Part shown: one piece after another, positions 1 to 13,769 of the stretch
Position numbering within the stretch: position 1 is the stretch's first letter
Layout: each line of letters begins with the position of its first letter
Origin: Hemiscyllium ocellatum
Lineage: Eukaryota
Assembly: GCF_020745735.1 (NCBI RefSeq)
Contig: NC_083427.1
Location: 1,581,438 to 1,645,437 of the forward strand
Reading direction: 5' to 3'
Length of the DNA stretch: 64,000 nucleotides
The notes under the pieces: model-generated
The model's database searches: none
Told to the model about the DNA's origin: nothing
Seen by the model: only the letters and a program-made list of their open reading frames with translations
Program-made: the position numbers and the translations under genes

Positions 1-750
1 AGAAAATCAAAAGAGGGAAGGAATTTCATGGTGAATGATAGGGCCTTAAGGAGTGTCGTAGAATAGAGGGATCTTGGAGCTCAGGTTCGCCGTTCTGTGA
101 AAATGGAGTCACAGGTAGACTGGATAGTGAAGAAGGCTCTTGGCACACTGACATTCGTCAGTCAAGGCATTGAGTATAGAAGTCATGAAGTTATATTGCA
201 GATAAGCAGGACGTTGGTCAGGCCACACTTGGAGTATTGTGTTCAATTTTTAACAACATTTTGTAGGAAAGAAAGTGGTCGGAAGACATTTACAAGGATG
301 TTTCAAGGACTCAAGAGTCTGAACGAGAGGAAGGGTTGGACAAGCTAGGCCTTTTCTGCTTTACAGCGAAGGAGACCCAGGGGGGATGTTATAGAGTTGC
401 ATATGATCATGCGAGGCATAGATAGGGTGAATGCACTCAATCATATCCTCGGGATTGGGGAATGGAGGACTAGAGAGTATCAGTTCAAGATTGGGGGGAA
501 AGTATGAAATGGAACCAGATGAATAAGCTTTTCTTTAACACACAGAGTGGGACGTTTGCGGAATGAGCTGTCAATGGAAGTGACGGAGGCGGGTACGTTA
601 TGAATATTTGAAATGCACACGTTTAAATACATGGTTAGGAAAGGATTCGAAAGATGTGGACCAAGTGCAGAGAAATCGGGTAATTGTGGGCGGAACCTTT
701 GCTCGGCATGGGACAGTTTGGACTAAAGGGCTGTAGTACTTTATGATTCT
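1..750 (+). mobile_element. CR1-type (HER1-like) LINE 3' fragment
   Basis: ORF 97-348 (LVRPHLEYCVQF, CR1 RT C-terminus) followed by a degenerate 3' tail. Confidence 0.85.
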
Positions 751-789
751 TAGTACAGGATGACCCAGAAGTCTCTGAGTTAGAAGAAG

Positions 790-1250
790 ACATATTGGCA
801 AGGGTTAATGAGAAGACCGAATGAACATTTATTTTTCGTAATTGGTTGCTCTTTACAATGTGGTGGTGAACATCTTCTTTGAATTGTTGCAGTGCCTTTG
901 GTGAAGATATAACACAATATCTTCCAGGAGCAAGTTCCAGGATTTTTCCTCAGTGAAATCAGAGGACTTGTGATTGATTTGTCGGTGTCGATGGTGACTG
1001 CTGTGGAAGGGAACTTGCAGTTGGTGATGTGCAAGTGCAACTGAATCCATTGTCATTCTCCATGGAAGTCGAAGTAGATAGGAAGTTGCTGTTTAAAGAT
1101 ACTATTATAATTCGCGCCCTGTTGAATTTCTGTCATGCGGTTTGCACATTGTTCTTAGAGAGTACCATGAAATAAATGGCAAATGGTGGTGTATTCGCTG
1201 CCAATCAAATGACCTGTTTTCTTGAGTGTTGTCAGAGTTAACTGACCAGG
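790..1250 (-). mobile_element. L2/CR1-like LINE 3' remnant
   Basis: Nucleotide similarity to the 3' part of the element at 13770-15520. Confidence 0.5.
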
Positions 1251-1789
1251 CAAATCAAGAATCATCTGGAGTCTGTCGAGATTGGTCATGCACGAGGCAC
1301 TTCATATAATGACAGAATTCTGACAGATTAAAAAAGGCCATTCGGCCCAACATGTCTGCACACACTGCACACAGTTCCACTGTCTGCCACATCGTTGCAA
1401 TCCGGCAGTGGAGCTTTTGCCAAAACCAACTCCGAGCATGCAGTTCAGTGGACACCGTTGAGCACATCGTGATATTCGCAATGCAATGAGCCTGCACATA
1501 TTTGGACTTTTGGGGGAATCTACAGACACAAGGATAATATACAATCTCGACACAGACAGTCGCCGAGATCGAACCCAGTTAGTTATCCCTGAATTGAATT
1601 TCATTGAATTGAACTGAATTAGCATTACTATCACATGTTCTGGACAGAGAACAATTGTTTGCAAGTCACCACATAACAGGTTTAAGTCTTAGGTATAAGT
1701 CACCAAGATACAGATATTTATGTATTTGTTACTAAATAGAAAGAAAGGTGATCGTATGAATAAGTAGGAAAGTAAAATCATTCCTGTGC

Positions 1790-2440
1790 TGCTACTCGCT
1801 TTCTTTCATGCATATTTCATTGAACCAGTGTTGAACCCCTTTCATTGCTGTTGTTGCAAATTGGCTCTGCCGAGCTATGAGGTTGTAAGTTTGTTGGAGA
1901 AAAGTTCTCTCTGATACTTCTATGTGCCACTACACTGATGCCCCGTTTTGTTTTTCTAGATCTGTTCCGAGTCCATCTCGTTTAGCATGACAACTGTACA
2001 CAATACAATGCAGTTATTCTCACTGTGACAATGATTTCTGCCATGATAACATGCCTGTGCACTGGTCTCTCTTACCATTAATGTCATGGCGAGGTCCATT
2101 TGCAGCAGACAACTTCGTGAGGACGAGGTCAATTATATTTTTCCTTCTTACTGGTCACCCCATTGCGTGCCACCCCAGCTCTCTTTTCAATTCGTGCTCA
2201 GCATGGAGGAGTACTGATTTAATTGGTTGATGAGGATCCCTTGCAAAATGTTGACCTGATGCCGTGAGACTTCATGAACTCCAGAGTCAATGTTCTGTAC
2301 TGTGAGATAAACTCATACTTGACTGATTTCCTGCGTCACAAACTCTGCTGGATACGCCCGAAAAAAGGAAATAAATAGCTGACAGAAGATGATGGAGGTG
2401 TTTGAGACATTTGATTACGTGCATACGGCAATGTCAGGCT
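1790..2440 (-). mobile_element. LINE endonuclease-region remnant
   Basis: The reverse strand resembles the APE C-terminal PTRGKNILDLILTN region; heavily degenerate. Confidence 0.45.
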
Positions 2441-3179
2441 CATTTCTGAATCGCCTGTGAAACAGTTTCTTCAATCTGGATCTAACCGTCAGATACAACG
2501 TCATGCAGATTCCACAGGGATGGATTTTCTGTTGTCGTTTTTATGCCTTATTTGATGCAATGTATCTGTCTGGTATCAGTTGAGAATATACCGAACATTT
2601 TGTGAAACCATTTCGAACTGCAGTTAAAAGTCGATCACATATCTCAGGGCAATCATAAAGGGACATTAAATACTATATTTCCTGTGCACCCACATTCCTA
2701 AACATAATAAAGGAAATCATATTGTCTTCCACCCCAATATCCCTTATTTAAGTTTAATTTATAGATATCCAAAGTGCATCGAGGAGAAAGACAGCTGAAA
2801 GTAGTTACAGTTTGGCCTTTTTTCAAAGTAAAACATAACAAAGAGCCTCGAAAACAATTCAGGTAACTACCAATGAGACGGAGAAGAAAAGTAGGAAATT
2901 GCTTTAAATAACTTAAATCTCTCTTAAAGATAAACTAGTTATGTTAAATACAAGGATTGTATTTTCTTATATATAATGGATCCACTAAACATAAATGTAG
3001 ATTACATTTGGGGTTAAATTGTTGTGTTCAATGTTGATACATGCTGTTTCAAAAAGAACCAGTCTATTCAAGCGTTTCATAAATCTTGGAGACGGATGCA
3101 TGATACTGAAATCGGATGTTAGTCATCTTGTCAAAATGCCCCTGTAAGATTCCGTGGAAGGCAACGAGCATTTGGTCAT

Positions 3180-3497
3180 GATATGATTAGATTCTCTACA
3201 GTATGGGCACAGGCTCTTTGGCCCAACAAACCCACACTGACTCTTTGAAGTGTAACCCACTGCAGACTCATTCTCCTAATTTCACCCCTGACTAAAGCTC
3301 CAAACACGATCGGCAAATTAGCATGGCCAATTCATCTGCTCTGCTGTTCGTTGGAATGTGGGAGGAACCCGGAGCACCCGGAAGAAACCCACGTAGATAC
3401 GCGGAGCACATCCAAAGTACACTCGCCGAAAGCTGGAATCGAACCCAGGTGCCTGGCGCTGTGAGATCACAGTGCTAACCACTGAAGCACCATGCAT
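3180..3497 (-). mobile_element. HE1-type tRNA-derived SINE (older copy)
   Basis: Reverse-complement tRNA-like head (gtggttagcactg...gggttcgattcc), V-domain core and CR1-like tail. Confidence 0.8.
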
Positions 3498-5084
3498 TCG
3501 AAACTACTGAGCCAGCGTGCTGCTCATTAATATGTACGCAAGTCAAGAACAGTTAACCTGTAAACATTTCCCATTTCATGACAGGTTTTCATATGATTAA
3601 GTTGTGATTTTTGATATTCAGTGTGATCAAGACAGTCTTTCCCTATTTCCGATTGGCTTCTCGTTCTATGTGACATCACTCGTCTAAACTTTTACTTCCA
3701 GCTTATGTGGGAACGTGAATCATTGAAGCGAATAGCCCAGTGGCACGCCGATCAGCAACTGCGCTTTGTAAAGATAGAATCTCAGAAAAGCGATTAGAAC
3801 TGCTTGCTTAACTTCTTCTCTTAACATGCACATTCAATTCTCCTTCTTTAAGTTTACTGTTAAATGCAAGAAATCAAAGAACTGATGAAATTCCATAAAT
3901 TAAAATAAACTCAGTACAAATGATTAGGCCGGATATTGCATGAGTGGCAGGGTTTCTGATTCAAGCCTTTAACATTGAGCAAGGCATTTACAAGTAAATA
4001 AACATGAAAAGCGTTCCTACCACAGCATTTAAATTATAATTAAGAAGCTCAGAATGTCAAACAGCACATTAATCTTGAATTCCTCACTGAAACAAGATCC
4101 AGACATTCCACGTGGAACAACAAAAAATAGAATTAAGCCAAATAATTAGATAATAGAACAATCCAAAGCAAAATTAAAAGGCGGAAGTAAACACTCCTTT
4201 GCATCACCACAGTGTCCGTATTCAAGGTATTCTGTGGATGGAAGAAATGATCGACGATAAAGGTTTCTGACAATTACATCAATGACTCAGAAAAGGAAAT
4301 CTTCAATAAAGCTTTCACATATAAGGATACACATTGAGAAGAAAGTTAACTTTGTGTATTTTCCCTTCCAAATGTAATGCCAGTCTCAAGACCTTGCCAA
4401 ATGGGTAAACCCAGAAATAGATTCAGGATTGCCATACCTGGTCGGGAGTGAAACTGCCAAAACTGGAGAAATCTTTCAAACAATGTTTTAGCATTATGCG
4501 GGGATATATTCCGAGAAGCTATCAGGAACATCAAACAAAACATTCTGTGGCCCTTGGACAAATATTTTGAAGGAACCATTGACTTTTACAAGAAACACGA
4601 GGTAAAAAAGAACTTACATTGCCACCTGCATAATGTATTTACTTGTAGATAAAATATGAAATTCTATCCTTCATATCAATTGGATGCAATCCTTGGAAAT
4701 TGCTATCTATCAGAGTTACAATGTGGCTTGATGTATACCGGAATGTTAGAAGCGATATTGTTTTAAAAGAGTTGAATTCCAAGACAGTGAAAAATCCCTG
4801 TGTCACCTCTGCCATGAAAGAAATGAATGTTTGCTTTGTATCTTAAAACTTGTACTCTCTCTTCTTTACAATATAGCTTCATAAGATTTGAAGATAAGGC
4901 TATTGTTGGAGTGATATTTACATGAACAATAGCAAACAATCAGAACGTCTGACATCTTGCTAAGCCTATGAAATTCATTTGCATCCAACGATAGAATTCA
5001 AGCGCATCTTCACTTTGAATGTTGCTCCTGTTTTATTTTATCAACAAAATTATTTGTCGATCAACGCAACGGTGAACTTTGTCA

Positions 5085-5600
5085 ACATAATGTGCTGGAC
5101 TATAATAAAAAAGGCTCAGAAAAGGTTGACAAGGATGTATCCAATTTTGGAGGATTTGACTGAATAGGCTGGGGCTGCTTTCCATGGAGCGTCAGAGGCT
5201 AAGGTATATAAAATCATCATAGAGGTTTATAATATCATGGGAGCGTGCATAATAATAAGACACAAATATTTCCCCTAGCGTGGGCAATCCAGAACTAGAG
5301 GGCATAAGTTTATGGTGAGAAGGGAAATCTTTAATAGGGATCTCAGGGGATCTTTTTGATGCTTGCTTTGTCAGAGGGTGATCCTTGTATGGAAGAATCT
5401 GCTGGAGGAAGTGGTGGAGACTGGTACAATTGGTACCATTTTAAAGGCACCTGGATGGATGTATGAATAGGAAGGGTTTAGAGGGATATGAGCCAAGTGC
5501 TGGCAAGTGAGACTTGATTAGTTCAGGATATCTGTTTGGCATGGACAAGTTGAACTGAAGGTTTTTTTTCCCGTGCTGTACGCCTCCATGATTCCAAATA
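5085..5600 (+). mobile_element. CR1-type LINE 3' fragment
   Basis: cagaaaaggttgacaaggatg...agaactagagggcataagttt...ctgtac tail, homologous to the other CR1 copies in the window. Confidence 0.85.
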
Positions 5601-5785
5601 TTATTGAAGTTTTATTCCAGTTTTCTCGGAAGTTCCCGTCGCTTAATCGAACAAATACTTTCAGAATTTTTTTCCAGCTTTGTGTTTCCTTCAATGACTC
5701 AGTTTGTAAAATTCATCCTGAGTTATTGTAACCATTATGCCACCAATGAATAAATACATTTTGTGGTAAAATTCAGTCAGCTGGT

Positions 5786-6089
5786 GGGCGGCACGGTGGT
5801 ACAGTGGTTAGCACTGCTACCACACAGCGCTTGAGACCCGGGTTCAATTCCCGACTCAGGCGACAGACTGTGTGGAGTTTGCACGATCTCCCCGTGTGTG
5901 CGTGGGTTTCCTCTGCGAGCTCCGGTTTCCTCCCACAATCAAAAGATGCGCGGGTCTGGTGTATTGGCCATGCTAAATTGCCCGTAGTGTTAGGTAAGGG
6001 GTAAATGTAGGGCTATGGGTGGGTTGCGGGTCGGTGTTGTCTTGTTGGGCCGAACGGCCTGTTTCCACACTGTAAGTAATCTAATCTAA
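5786..6089 (+). mobile_element. HE1-type SINE, full length
   Basis: GGGCGGCACGGTGG head with A box (TGGTTAGC) and B box (GGTTCAATTCC), core ttggccatgctaaattgccc, and tail gtaagtaatctaatcta. Confidence 0.92.
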
Positions 6090-6569
6090 GTGGAATCTCT
6101 TTCAGTTTTATACGTTTGAAGAGCTGCCAATTGATTTTGTTGTTGAATTCGCTCTTGGGGTGTGCGTGACACTTGTATGGTCAATAGTAATGCACAATTA
6201 ATTGCCTTTGAGCTAATGAGCTCAGTATTTGAACTTCTGAAATCTATATCTTGTTGCTGCACATGCTAGTGCTTCAGAACGGGACTTCAAGTCATTGATT
6301 CATTAAAAGGATGGTATGTGAAAAATAGTATTCCATATCAGTGTGTTCAGAGTCTTGTATGGGACCATTCGTGTTCGTGTCCCTTGTGAGTTCTTCCGTT
6401 TCAGTTCCAGACTACACAGTTCATCGGATTGGGATTAAGGAACTTAATGTTCAAATCATCGTAAAATGGAGAGCCACAGAAAAGCACTGAGTTAGTGTCG
6501 TAGAATTTCACGCACAGAAAATCCACCCTTCAGTTCTAAATAATTAACTACAAACTGAGTACATAAAGC

Positions 6570-6592
6570 AATTGAATTGAATTGAATTGAAT
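6570..6592. repeat. (TTGAA)n microsatellite
   Basis: aattgaattgaattgaattgaa; a related degenerate tract lies at 1590-1620. Confidence 0.8.
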
Positions 6593-9500
6593 GCTTCATT
6601 TCAATGACTCTTGAGTGAATTCCACAAAAGAACTGCCAAGTTTCGAAATGAAAACCATTATGAATGAATCATTCTCTCAATAATTTGGGATTACGTTTGA
6701 CCACAGATTTATCGAGCCTCATGACGACAACATAAAGCCAAAAGTTGTGGGTGCTGCAAGTCTGGAAGTCAGAGAAACTCAGAACACTATCTGTGGAGAA
6801 GAAAGCCGTGTTAATGTTGCGAGTCCAGAGATCCATAGTCAGCCATCAGCTTTTGGCTGAAAGAAGAGGTCAGGAATGAAAACTTCTATGATTGGTAAGT
6901 GAACCCCTTGTTTCCAAAAGTCCAAGTAAAGGGGAGAAACTGCTGATTCTACAAGTGACGTTATTAACCCAATAATGAATTGAGAAAATAACTGTTGACA
7001 CAAGTGTCATCGCAAATTATATTAAATCATTCATGCAATAAAGCTTCGAAAATTTCGTGAGGCACATACTTGAAATGACCAGATGGAGTAACGGTGAAAA
7101 GATTATTTGTAATTGTTTATTATTTCACATGTCATATTTTTCCATAATGCTTTAAGGTACTGCTAATTGTCAGCATGCTACCATTTTAAAATAAATCTTT
7201 CACAGATTTATTTTATTCCTCCAAAAGTAATGTAAATGCAGCGTATTGTTAAAATAAAAACTGACATCAACAAAGAGAAAGGAACTTCAGTATGTAGTGT
7301 CTGGTAATTTCAATTTAAAATTTAATGTTTAAAACTTACCGAAAAGGAAGCTGATTGATGCTTCTCTCATGTGACAATACTATATTCGTTGGGTCCTATT
7401 CTGGAAAGCGAAATTTACTTCTTACATGTCTGGAGCATTTCAGAGAAAATGTGCTTCAGAGCTGTCGTTCTGTGAGCTCTTTCCTGTCAAAAATTAACAT
7501 ATGCTCATGTTACTAAAGGGGAATCACAAGAACTCTGAGCAGTTTATCATGCTCAGAGCCAATTCAGTTACTTAAAAACAAACAACAAAATAAAATTATG
7601 ATGAAGTTTTCTGAAATTAATACAAAGACGCCAAGAAACAATGGGTCAAATACACTGAAAGTATTATGGATGCAAGAATAAGAATGCATCACTTTGACAC
7701 TATTTCAATGGCGTGCTTTTTCTTATTCACATGAACTTGGAAAACTGTCAGAAAATTGCTAATGCATAATACTTCCGCTAGTTTCGAGGGCTGAATGCAT
7801 GGTTTCAAATAAAATAAATTCAGGTGTATTGCTTTCACTTTTAGCTGAGCATGATCGGAATCTTTCTCTCAGTATTCATTGAAGGAAAATAAGTCATTAT
7901 CGAGTGGAGAAAAATGATGTTTTGTGGTGTCACCAGAGTGTAGTTGGTGTTCTGTGAGTAATTGATGCGTTCAGATTTGATCTGTGGAACAGTATCTTGT
8001 GTCATCAAGTGACTAACTTATGTAAGTTAAGTAATATGAGCGCTTCGGAAATGCTGAAAGATATTCAAATGCTTTGGTCTGTTCTTCCATGATTTAAAAT
8101 CATGTTTAACTTGAGTCTTGAATAAATTCAACAACTTCTACAGTGTATGATGTGAAGCTATATCGCAAATATCTAGCGAACTCAGTTGTTGGCAATCCCG
8201 TAGTCAACTACCTTTTGGGAGAGGTAACATCAGAGTTTGAATACCATACGTCGTTATAACACCTTCACTACTGAATGCCCTCGATATAATTCGAGAATCA
8301 CGGCCGCAAGATGAGATAGTTACTGCAAAATCTATTTGTAAGATATAACCATTTATACGGTTGAGGTTAAATAGCTCCTCTTCATTCTGTAATTTACAGA
8401 AGATATGCCTTGTCTCTGGAAACTGTTTGCTGTACTTTAAGTCAAAGCACAGGGAATTACTTTTTCCTTAAACTTTTAGATAGCACCGCCAAAGACAATG
8501 GAAGAACATTGACCAGAAATAATGCAACACAAGTGAAGTTGTCTAAAGCAAACAAGTTACTTGCTCTGCATATCAGTCCATTTGACTCATTGCTCTCTCC
8601 ATCTGTCATTTAGCATACTGTTCCTATCTTGTGGAAACCGAACACTTGGCCAATGGATTCCACAGCCAACCGTCTGAAAGTATCCCACCCGACCTACACT
8701 CTACTGTATACCTACAAATCTGCATTTCTCATGGCTAATCCACATACATTTGCTTTGACAGTGGAAGAACCATCGCTACTGCAGAAGACAGAAAAAATTC
8801 TCAAGCTCCATACAAGCAGTCATCCAAAGTATGAATCGAACCTTCGTCTGTCGTGTTGTTTGGCAGGATTGCCAGCCTCGGAGTTGCCGACTTACTAATT
8901 GAAAAACAAAGTAGCCTTCGTCTCTTTGCACCTTTACTCTGTCTATTATCTTTACCTTTCTCTGTTCCTTCATGTCGCTCAATGCTGAACAACATGCTGT
9001 GCCTTCTAACTGGTTCACACATTATTTAATTGCTACAACATTAGTAAAGTGTAACGTTCGTTATTTCAAGACCAGGAATGTGAGATCATAACAATTTTTT
9101 CAGAAAAATAATCTTCCAGATTCTGCTTCCAAATCTCACGATTTCCATTCTCAAAGTCATTATAGGTATGTGCCTCAGTCAGTATGTTCACGTTATTCTG
9201 TATTTCGTAGCTTCAGACCCTCTCACAAACCATATCCCTATCTCTCTCCTCCTGATACTTGTTTATGTATCTCTTTACGATTTGCCTTCTTCATCATTCT
9301 TCAGATTCACAACCACAGAAAACATTGGATTAAAAAGCTTGAGAAAAGTGAATTAAATTTCACAAGACGATTACACAACCCCTGCCTACTCGCCAACCAA
9401 ACACAATTTACGAATATAAATGAATCAAACCATTGTTATATCACGACAACATCTCGCTCACATATCCCCAGGAAAGTGACATGGATGGTTTTCGTGACGA

Positions 9501-9809
9501 ATCGCTTTAAAAAAAAGGAAAGGATTTACCAATCTGATATTTTTCTCTACCAAAGAAATGTTTCCCTCGACTCCATACTGTAAGTTACTCCCTAACAATC
9601 AATACACCATCGTTATGTAATTAATGCCTGCAAGTTAACATTTGTTTGCACTTCTATCTGTTTCCTGACAATGTCCCTTTGTTAGTCAGCCAGCCTTCCC
9701 TTGATTGTTGTTGTAACTTTTTACATCAACACAAAAAGCATAACTGATCATGCCTCAAGGCGGCCAGCCCAGCTCCTTCTGAATGCATATAGATTTTTTT
9801 GCTTTATTA

Positions 9810-11135
9810 ACTTGACGAACAAAGTTAAAAATCATCGAACACAAGGTTATAGTCCAACAGGTTTATTTGGAAGCATTAGCCCTCCAAGCGCTCCTTCTTC
9901 TTCAGGTGGTTGTCGAGCATTTCCATAAGGCACAGAATTTACAGCAAAATATGTCAGTTTATTGCAGTTGAAATATATTAAACCGACTTAGATTACGTCT
10001 TTCATGCTTTAGAATTGCTAGCTTTGTTTCATTAATATGTAAATCTCAGAACCCCTTTTTAAATCCATATTCTCAAGATAATTTCAGTTGTTCTGAAAAA
10101 TGTTGTCATCGCACCTCAGGCAATGAATTAAAGGTGTGAGGCAAACGTTTTTCTATGTACTAATCTTGAGTCCGACTGGTTCTAATTGTCAAGTGGGATT
10201 TGCAGAGTCTTACATGGATTGTCTGTTGGTTTTGCATTTCTTGAGCAAAATAAAATTCAGTTCTGCAAATAAAAATCACCTCATAAACTTACGTGTGCGT
10301 GCGTGCTGTAGAGCCATTGCGAGTGTGTGCATGTGAATGTGTACGTGTGGCTGTGAGAACATGTGAGAGGGTGTGTGCTTGCATGTGTAAGCTTGGTGAA
10401 CTATGTATGTGAGCCTGTGAGACGGCACGTGTGTGGGTGCGAGTGTGCAGAGTGTGCGCGCGTGTCTGAGAGAGGTCTGATTTATGAGAGACAGTCTATC
10501 TTAGTGTGTGAGAATGTGGGAGTGTGTGTGAGTGTTTGCGTGTGTGTGCGCACTCTGGTGTGTGTGTGGTCGAGAGAGAGTGTATAGTGCAGTTGGGTAA
10601 CCTGTAGTGTGCCATGAACCCAAGGCCGTAAGAGAGGCCACGCTCATGTGTATCAAAATTGGCTATGAGCCTCTGCTCTGCTACTTTGCATTGTTTCATT
10701 TCCTGAATCGCACTTGGAGGATGGTCACCCGAAGGTCCGAGGCCGAATATCTTGGACCACTGAAGTTTTTCCCCACTGAGGGAATAACTTTGGTTGGTGA
10801 TTGTTGTGGGTGTCCATTCACCCGTTGCTGTGGTCTCTGCTCTATCTCGCCAATGTAACATATCTGAGGGTACCTTTGCCTGCAGCGTATGAGATAGGCA
10901 ACATTGTCCGAGTCATATAAGTACTGCCACATACACGTTGCCTTGTGTATGTCACCTTGTGCGTTTGTAGTATGCTTATGATATTCTGACATGTCTTGCA
11001 GCAGTTTCCGTCAGAGGGTTTTACAGTGATGTGGTCGATGATGCCCCGAAGGCTGGGCAGTTCGCTGCGGACTGTTTAGGGTTTGGTATTTGCTTCAAGG
11101 CAAGAAGTGAAGGTGGGGAAAAGGTCTTGGCTAGG
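9810..11135 (-). mobile_element. Penelope-like element 3' half (GIY-YIG), degenerate
   Basis: ORF 10696-10992 contains NVAYLIRCRQRYPQICYIGEIEQ (GIY-YIG motif), followed by a (CA)n-rich 3' UTR and terminal tail. Confidence 0.8.
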
Positions 11136-12510
11136 TGCTTAACTTCACACCTTTAAACAACCAACAAACCTTAATCAGATCATTATTCGCAGCAAACTGC
11201 GCCACCTTCAGGCCAACGTTGGCCACAACACAATAAAACCGTGTCAGAGCAACCGTCCGGGACGTTTGGCCTCGGACGTTCAGGTAACCATCCGCCAATC
11301 TGGACTTCTGAACAAGCAACAATTGAAAATGACTGAGCAGAGGATGATGGTCAAGTTTGTTGCGCATAAGAATGGCCACAACCAGGATCTTGTGTTCATG
11401 TGACACTACAGATGACCTCACTGCACTACAGTCTCTCCCTTTCACTCACACACACACATACAAACGCATGCACGAAGACACACACACAGTCCAGCATACT
11501 CACACACTAACACAGACCCACCATCATACACAAGTTCTCTATCATTTGCACACACATCCACAAACCACACGCACACCCATGCATGCTGCACGCTCTCACA
11601 GGCTTACACCCCATCACACTCACCCACATATTTAACCAAGCTTACACACAAATACACATTCTCTCACATGCATTCACACCCATACACTTACTTTGTCCCT
11701 CCTGCATGCACCCACATGCAATTTTATGAGGTGAATTTGCTTTAGCAAAATTGTACGTTATTTCACTCAAACGTAAATCAATCAACGTAAGATCCTGTAA
11801 ATTCCACTTCAGGAATATGACCAGTCTGCCCCAACATGAGGACACAACCAGACTCTAACCTTACACCTTTAATGCATTATCTGAGCTGAGGTGACAGCTT
11901 GTCAGAAAACCCGAAGTTGTTAGATTAGATTACTTACAGTGTGGAAACAGGCCCTTCGGCCCAACAAGTCCACACCGACCCGTCGAAGCGCAACCCACCC
12001 ATACCCCTACATTTACCACTTACCTAACACTACGGGCAACTTATCCTGGCCAATTCACCTAACCTGCACATCTTTGGAATATGGGAGGAAACCGGAGCAC
12101 CCGGAGGAACTCCATGCAGACACGGGGAGAACGTGCAATCTCCACACAGTCAGTTGCCTGAGTCGGGAATTGAACCCGGGTCTCTGGCGCTTTGAGGCAG
12201 CAGTGCTAACCACTGTGCCACCGTGCCGCCCACTAATGTTGAGAATGAGTCTTAAAAGGAGTTCTGCATATTAACGGACAGGAGCTCGCAAAAGAATTCT
12301 GAAAGATGAAAGACTTAATCTAAGTTTGCATAATATATTTCAGTCGCATGACACTGTAACGTTTTGCTCTAAATGCTGTGTCTTATGTTCCTGCTCCACA
12401 TCTATGTGATGAAGAAGCAGCGCTTCGAAAGCTAATGCTTCCAAATGGACCTGTTAGTCTATAATCTGTTGTTGTGTCATTTCCAACTTTTTTCACTCCA
12501 GTACATTATT
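11136..12510 (+). mobile_element. Penelope-like element 3' part, inverted relative to 9810-11135 and interrupted by a SINE
   Basis: The + strand reads LHTFKQPTNLNQIIIRSKL...TEQRMMVKF..., then the same (CA)n UTR and tail (gtgatgaagaagcagcgcttcgaaagcta). Confidence 0.7.
11920..12231 (-). mobile_element. HE1-type SINE, full length
   Basis: Reverse complement of the 5786-6089 family, head and tail intact. Confidence 0.92.
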
Positions 12511-12984
12511 GGATCCTCCAAATCTTGAGAAACAATAATAACATCTCAACTCAAATAAAAAAAAGAAACATTTGATCTGTCTCTGTAACTCTGGCCCTTC
12601 TCAGAAAAACCGTGCTATGCACAGAATATAAAATAACATGAAACGGACTTCTCAAGTTCATGAAATTGTGGACGTAGCTTTTGAACATGGGTGCGTGTTA
12701 TTTGAACGTGCGATATATTAACTAATACAGAATCGAACTGAGATCACAAGGACATTCGGGAGAAAATTGAAAATAGTAAATGCAAGATCTGGCAATATAA
12801 ACGTTTGACAAGCAATTGGATTTTCCTTTGGAATAGTTGCATGTTGGCGTTTTAAATCAATTATCTCTAATCACTGGCCCCAAGAATATCTATACTGAAT
12901 TATCAATTTTATGAATCACAATCATAAAGGAGGAACACTGTAAAACTTCGCATTTTTTTCCCTCTCTCTAACCGACCAAGACAC

Positions 12985-13345
12985 CACTCGGATGCCTGGG
13001 ATGCCAAGGAAGGAAGACTGGAGTGATTTAATTATTTTCGCTATAGTTTAGAAGAATGAAGAATGATCTCATAGAAATGTATGCATTTGTGATAGGCGCA
13101 GGTCAGGCACACGTAGGAAGGATGTTCTCGATGTCTCGGGAATCTAGAACCAGGATTCATAAATTTATGGCACACGTAACATGCTGAAGACCGAGATGAG
13201 TCAAAATGCTTTCTGCCAATCATGGCGAAGTTTGTCAAAGATTCTGCCACTGAAAGCACTTGAGGCCAAGCGTTGAATGTTTTCAGGAACGAGTTCGATA
13301 TTGTTCTGAGGAATAAAGTGTTCAGAGGGTATGGTGAGAAAGCAG
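12985..13345 (+). mobile_element. CR1-type LINE 3' remnant
   Basis: agaagaatgaagaatgatctcatagaaatgtat (RRLRGDLIEVYK region). Confidence 0.7.
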
Positions 13346-13399
13346 GGGCGGGTAGTTTGTTTCTTTTTAAAAATTGCTAAAGAGCGGAAACACACCCAT

Positions 13400-13730
13400 T
13401 GGCCTTGTAAATTTGCTCCGATCCTTCGAACTGCACCCCACACAGACACCGCCCCCCCCCCCCATAACCCTTTCGCTGTAAGCCGACTTGTCCCATGACT
13501 AACGTACCTAACCTACACATCCCTGAACACAATGAGCAATTTAGTCGAAGCAATATGGTAAACCGTACCTCTTTCGATTGTGGGAGGAAACCAGAGAACC
13601 CAATGGAACCCGAAGCAGGCATGGTGAGAATGTGAAAACTCAACACAGGCTCCTGCCTAAGCATGGAATTGAAACCAGGTTCCTCGTGCTGCGCGATAGC
13701 AGTTGGATGAAGAACAATGACCACATTGAA
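13400..13730 (-). mobile_element. HE1-type SINE, degenerate
   Basis: Reverse-strand head and core remnants (ggaggaaaccagagaaccc...ggaattgaaaccagg). Confidence 0.7.
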
Positions 13731-13769
13731 TAGGGAGAAAGTTCGAAATGCCTAATGACCAACCACTCT

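Noticed and set aside
5786-5860. tRNA-like sequences with A and B boxes (also 3420-3497, 12160-12231, 24576, 26376)
   Set aside because: These are SINE heads followed by SINE core and tail; no complete cloverleaf, so not tRNA genes.
1590-6592. Short direct repeats suggestive of CRISPR or switch regions
   Set aside because: Simple (TTGAA)n microsatellites in a vertebrate genome; no spacer-repeat array and no switch-like tract.
11357-11635. His/Thr-rich ORF, and the Cys/Val-rich ORF at 10363-10587
   Set aside because: Translations of (CA)n/(TG)n-rich PLE UTRs.
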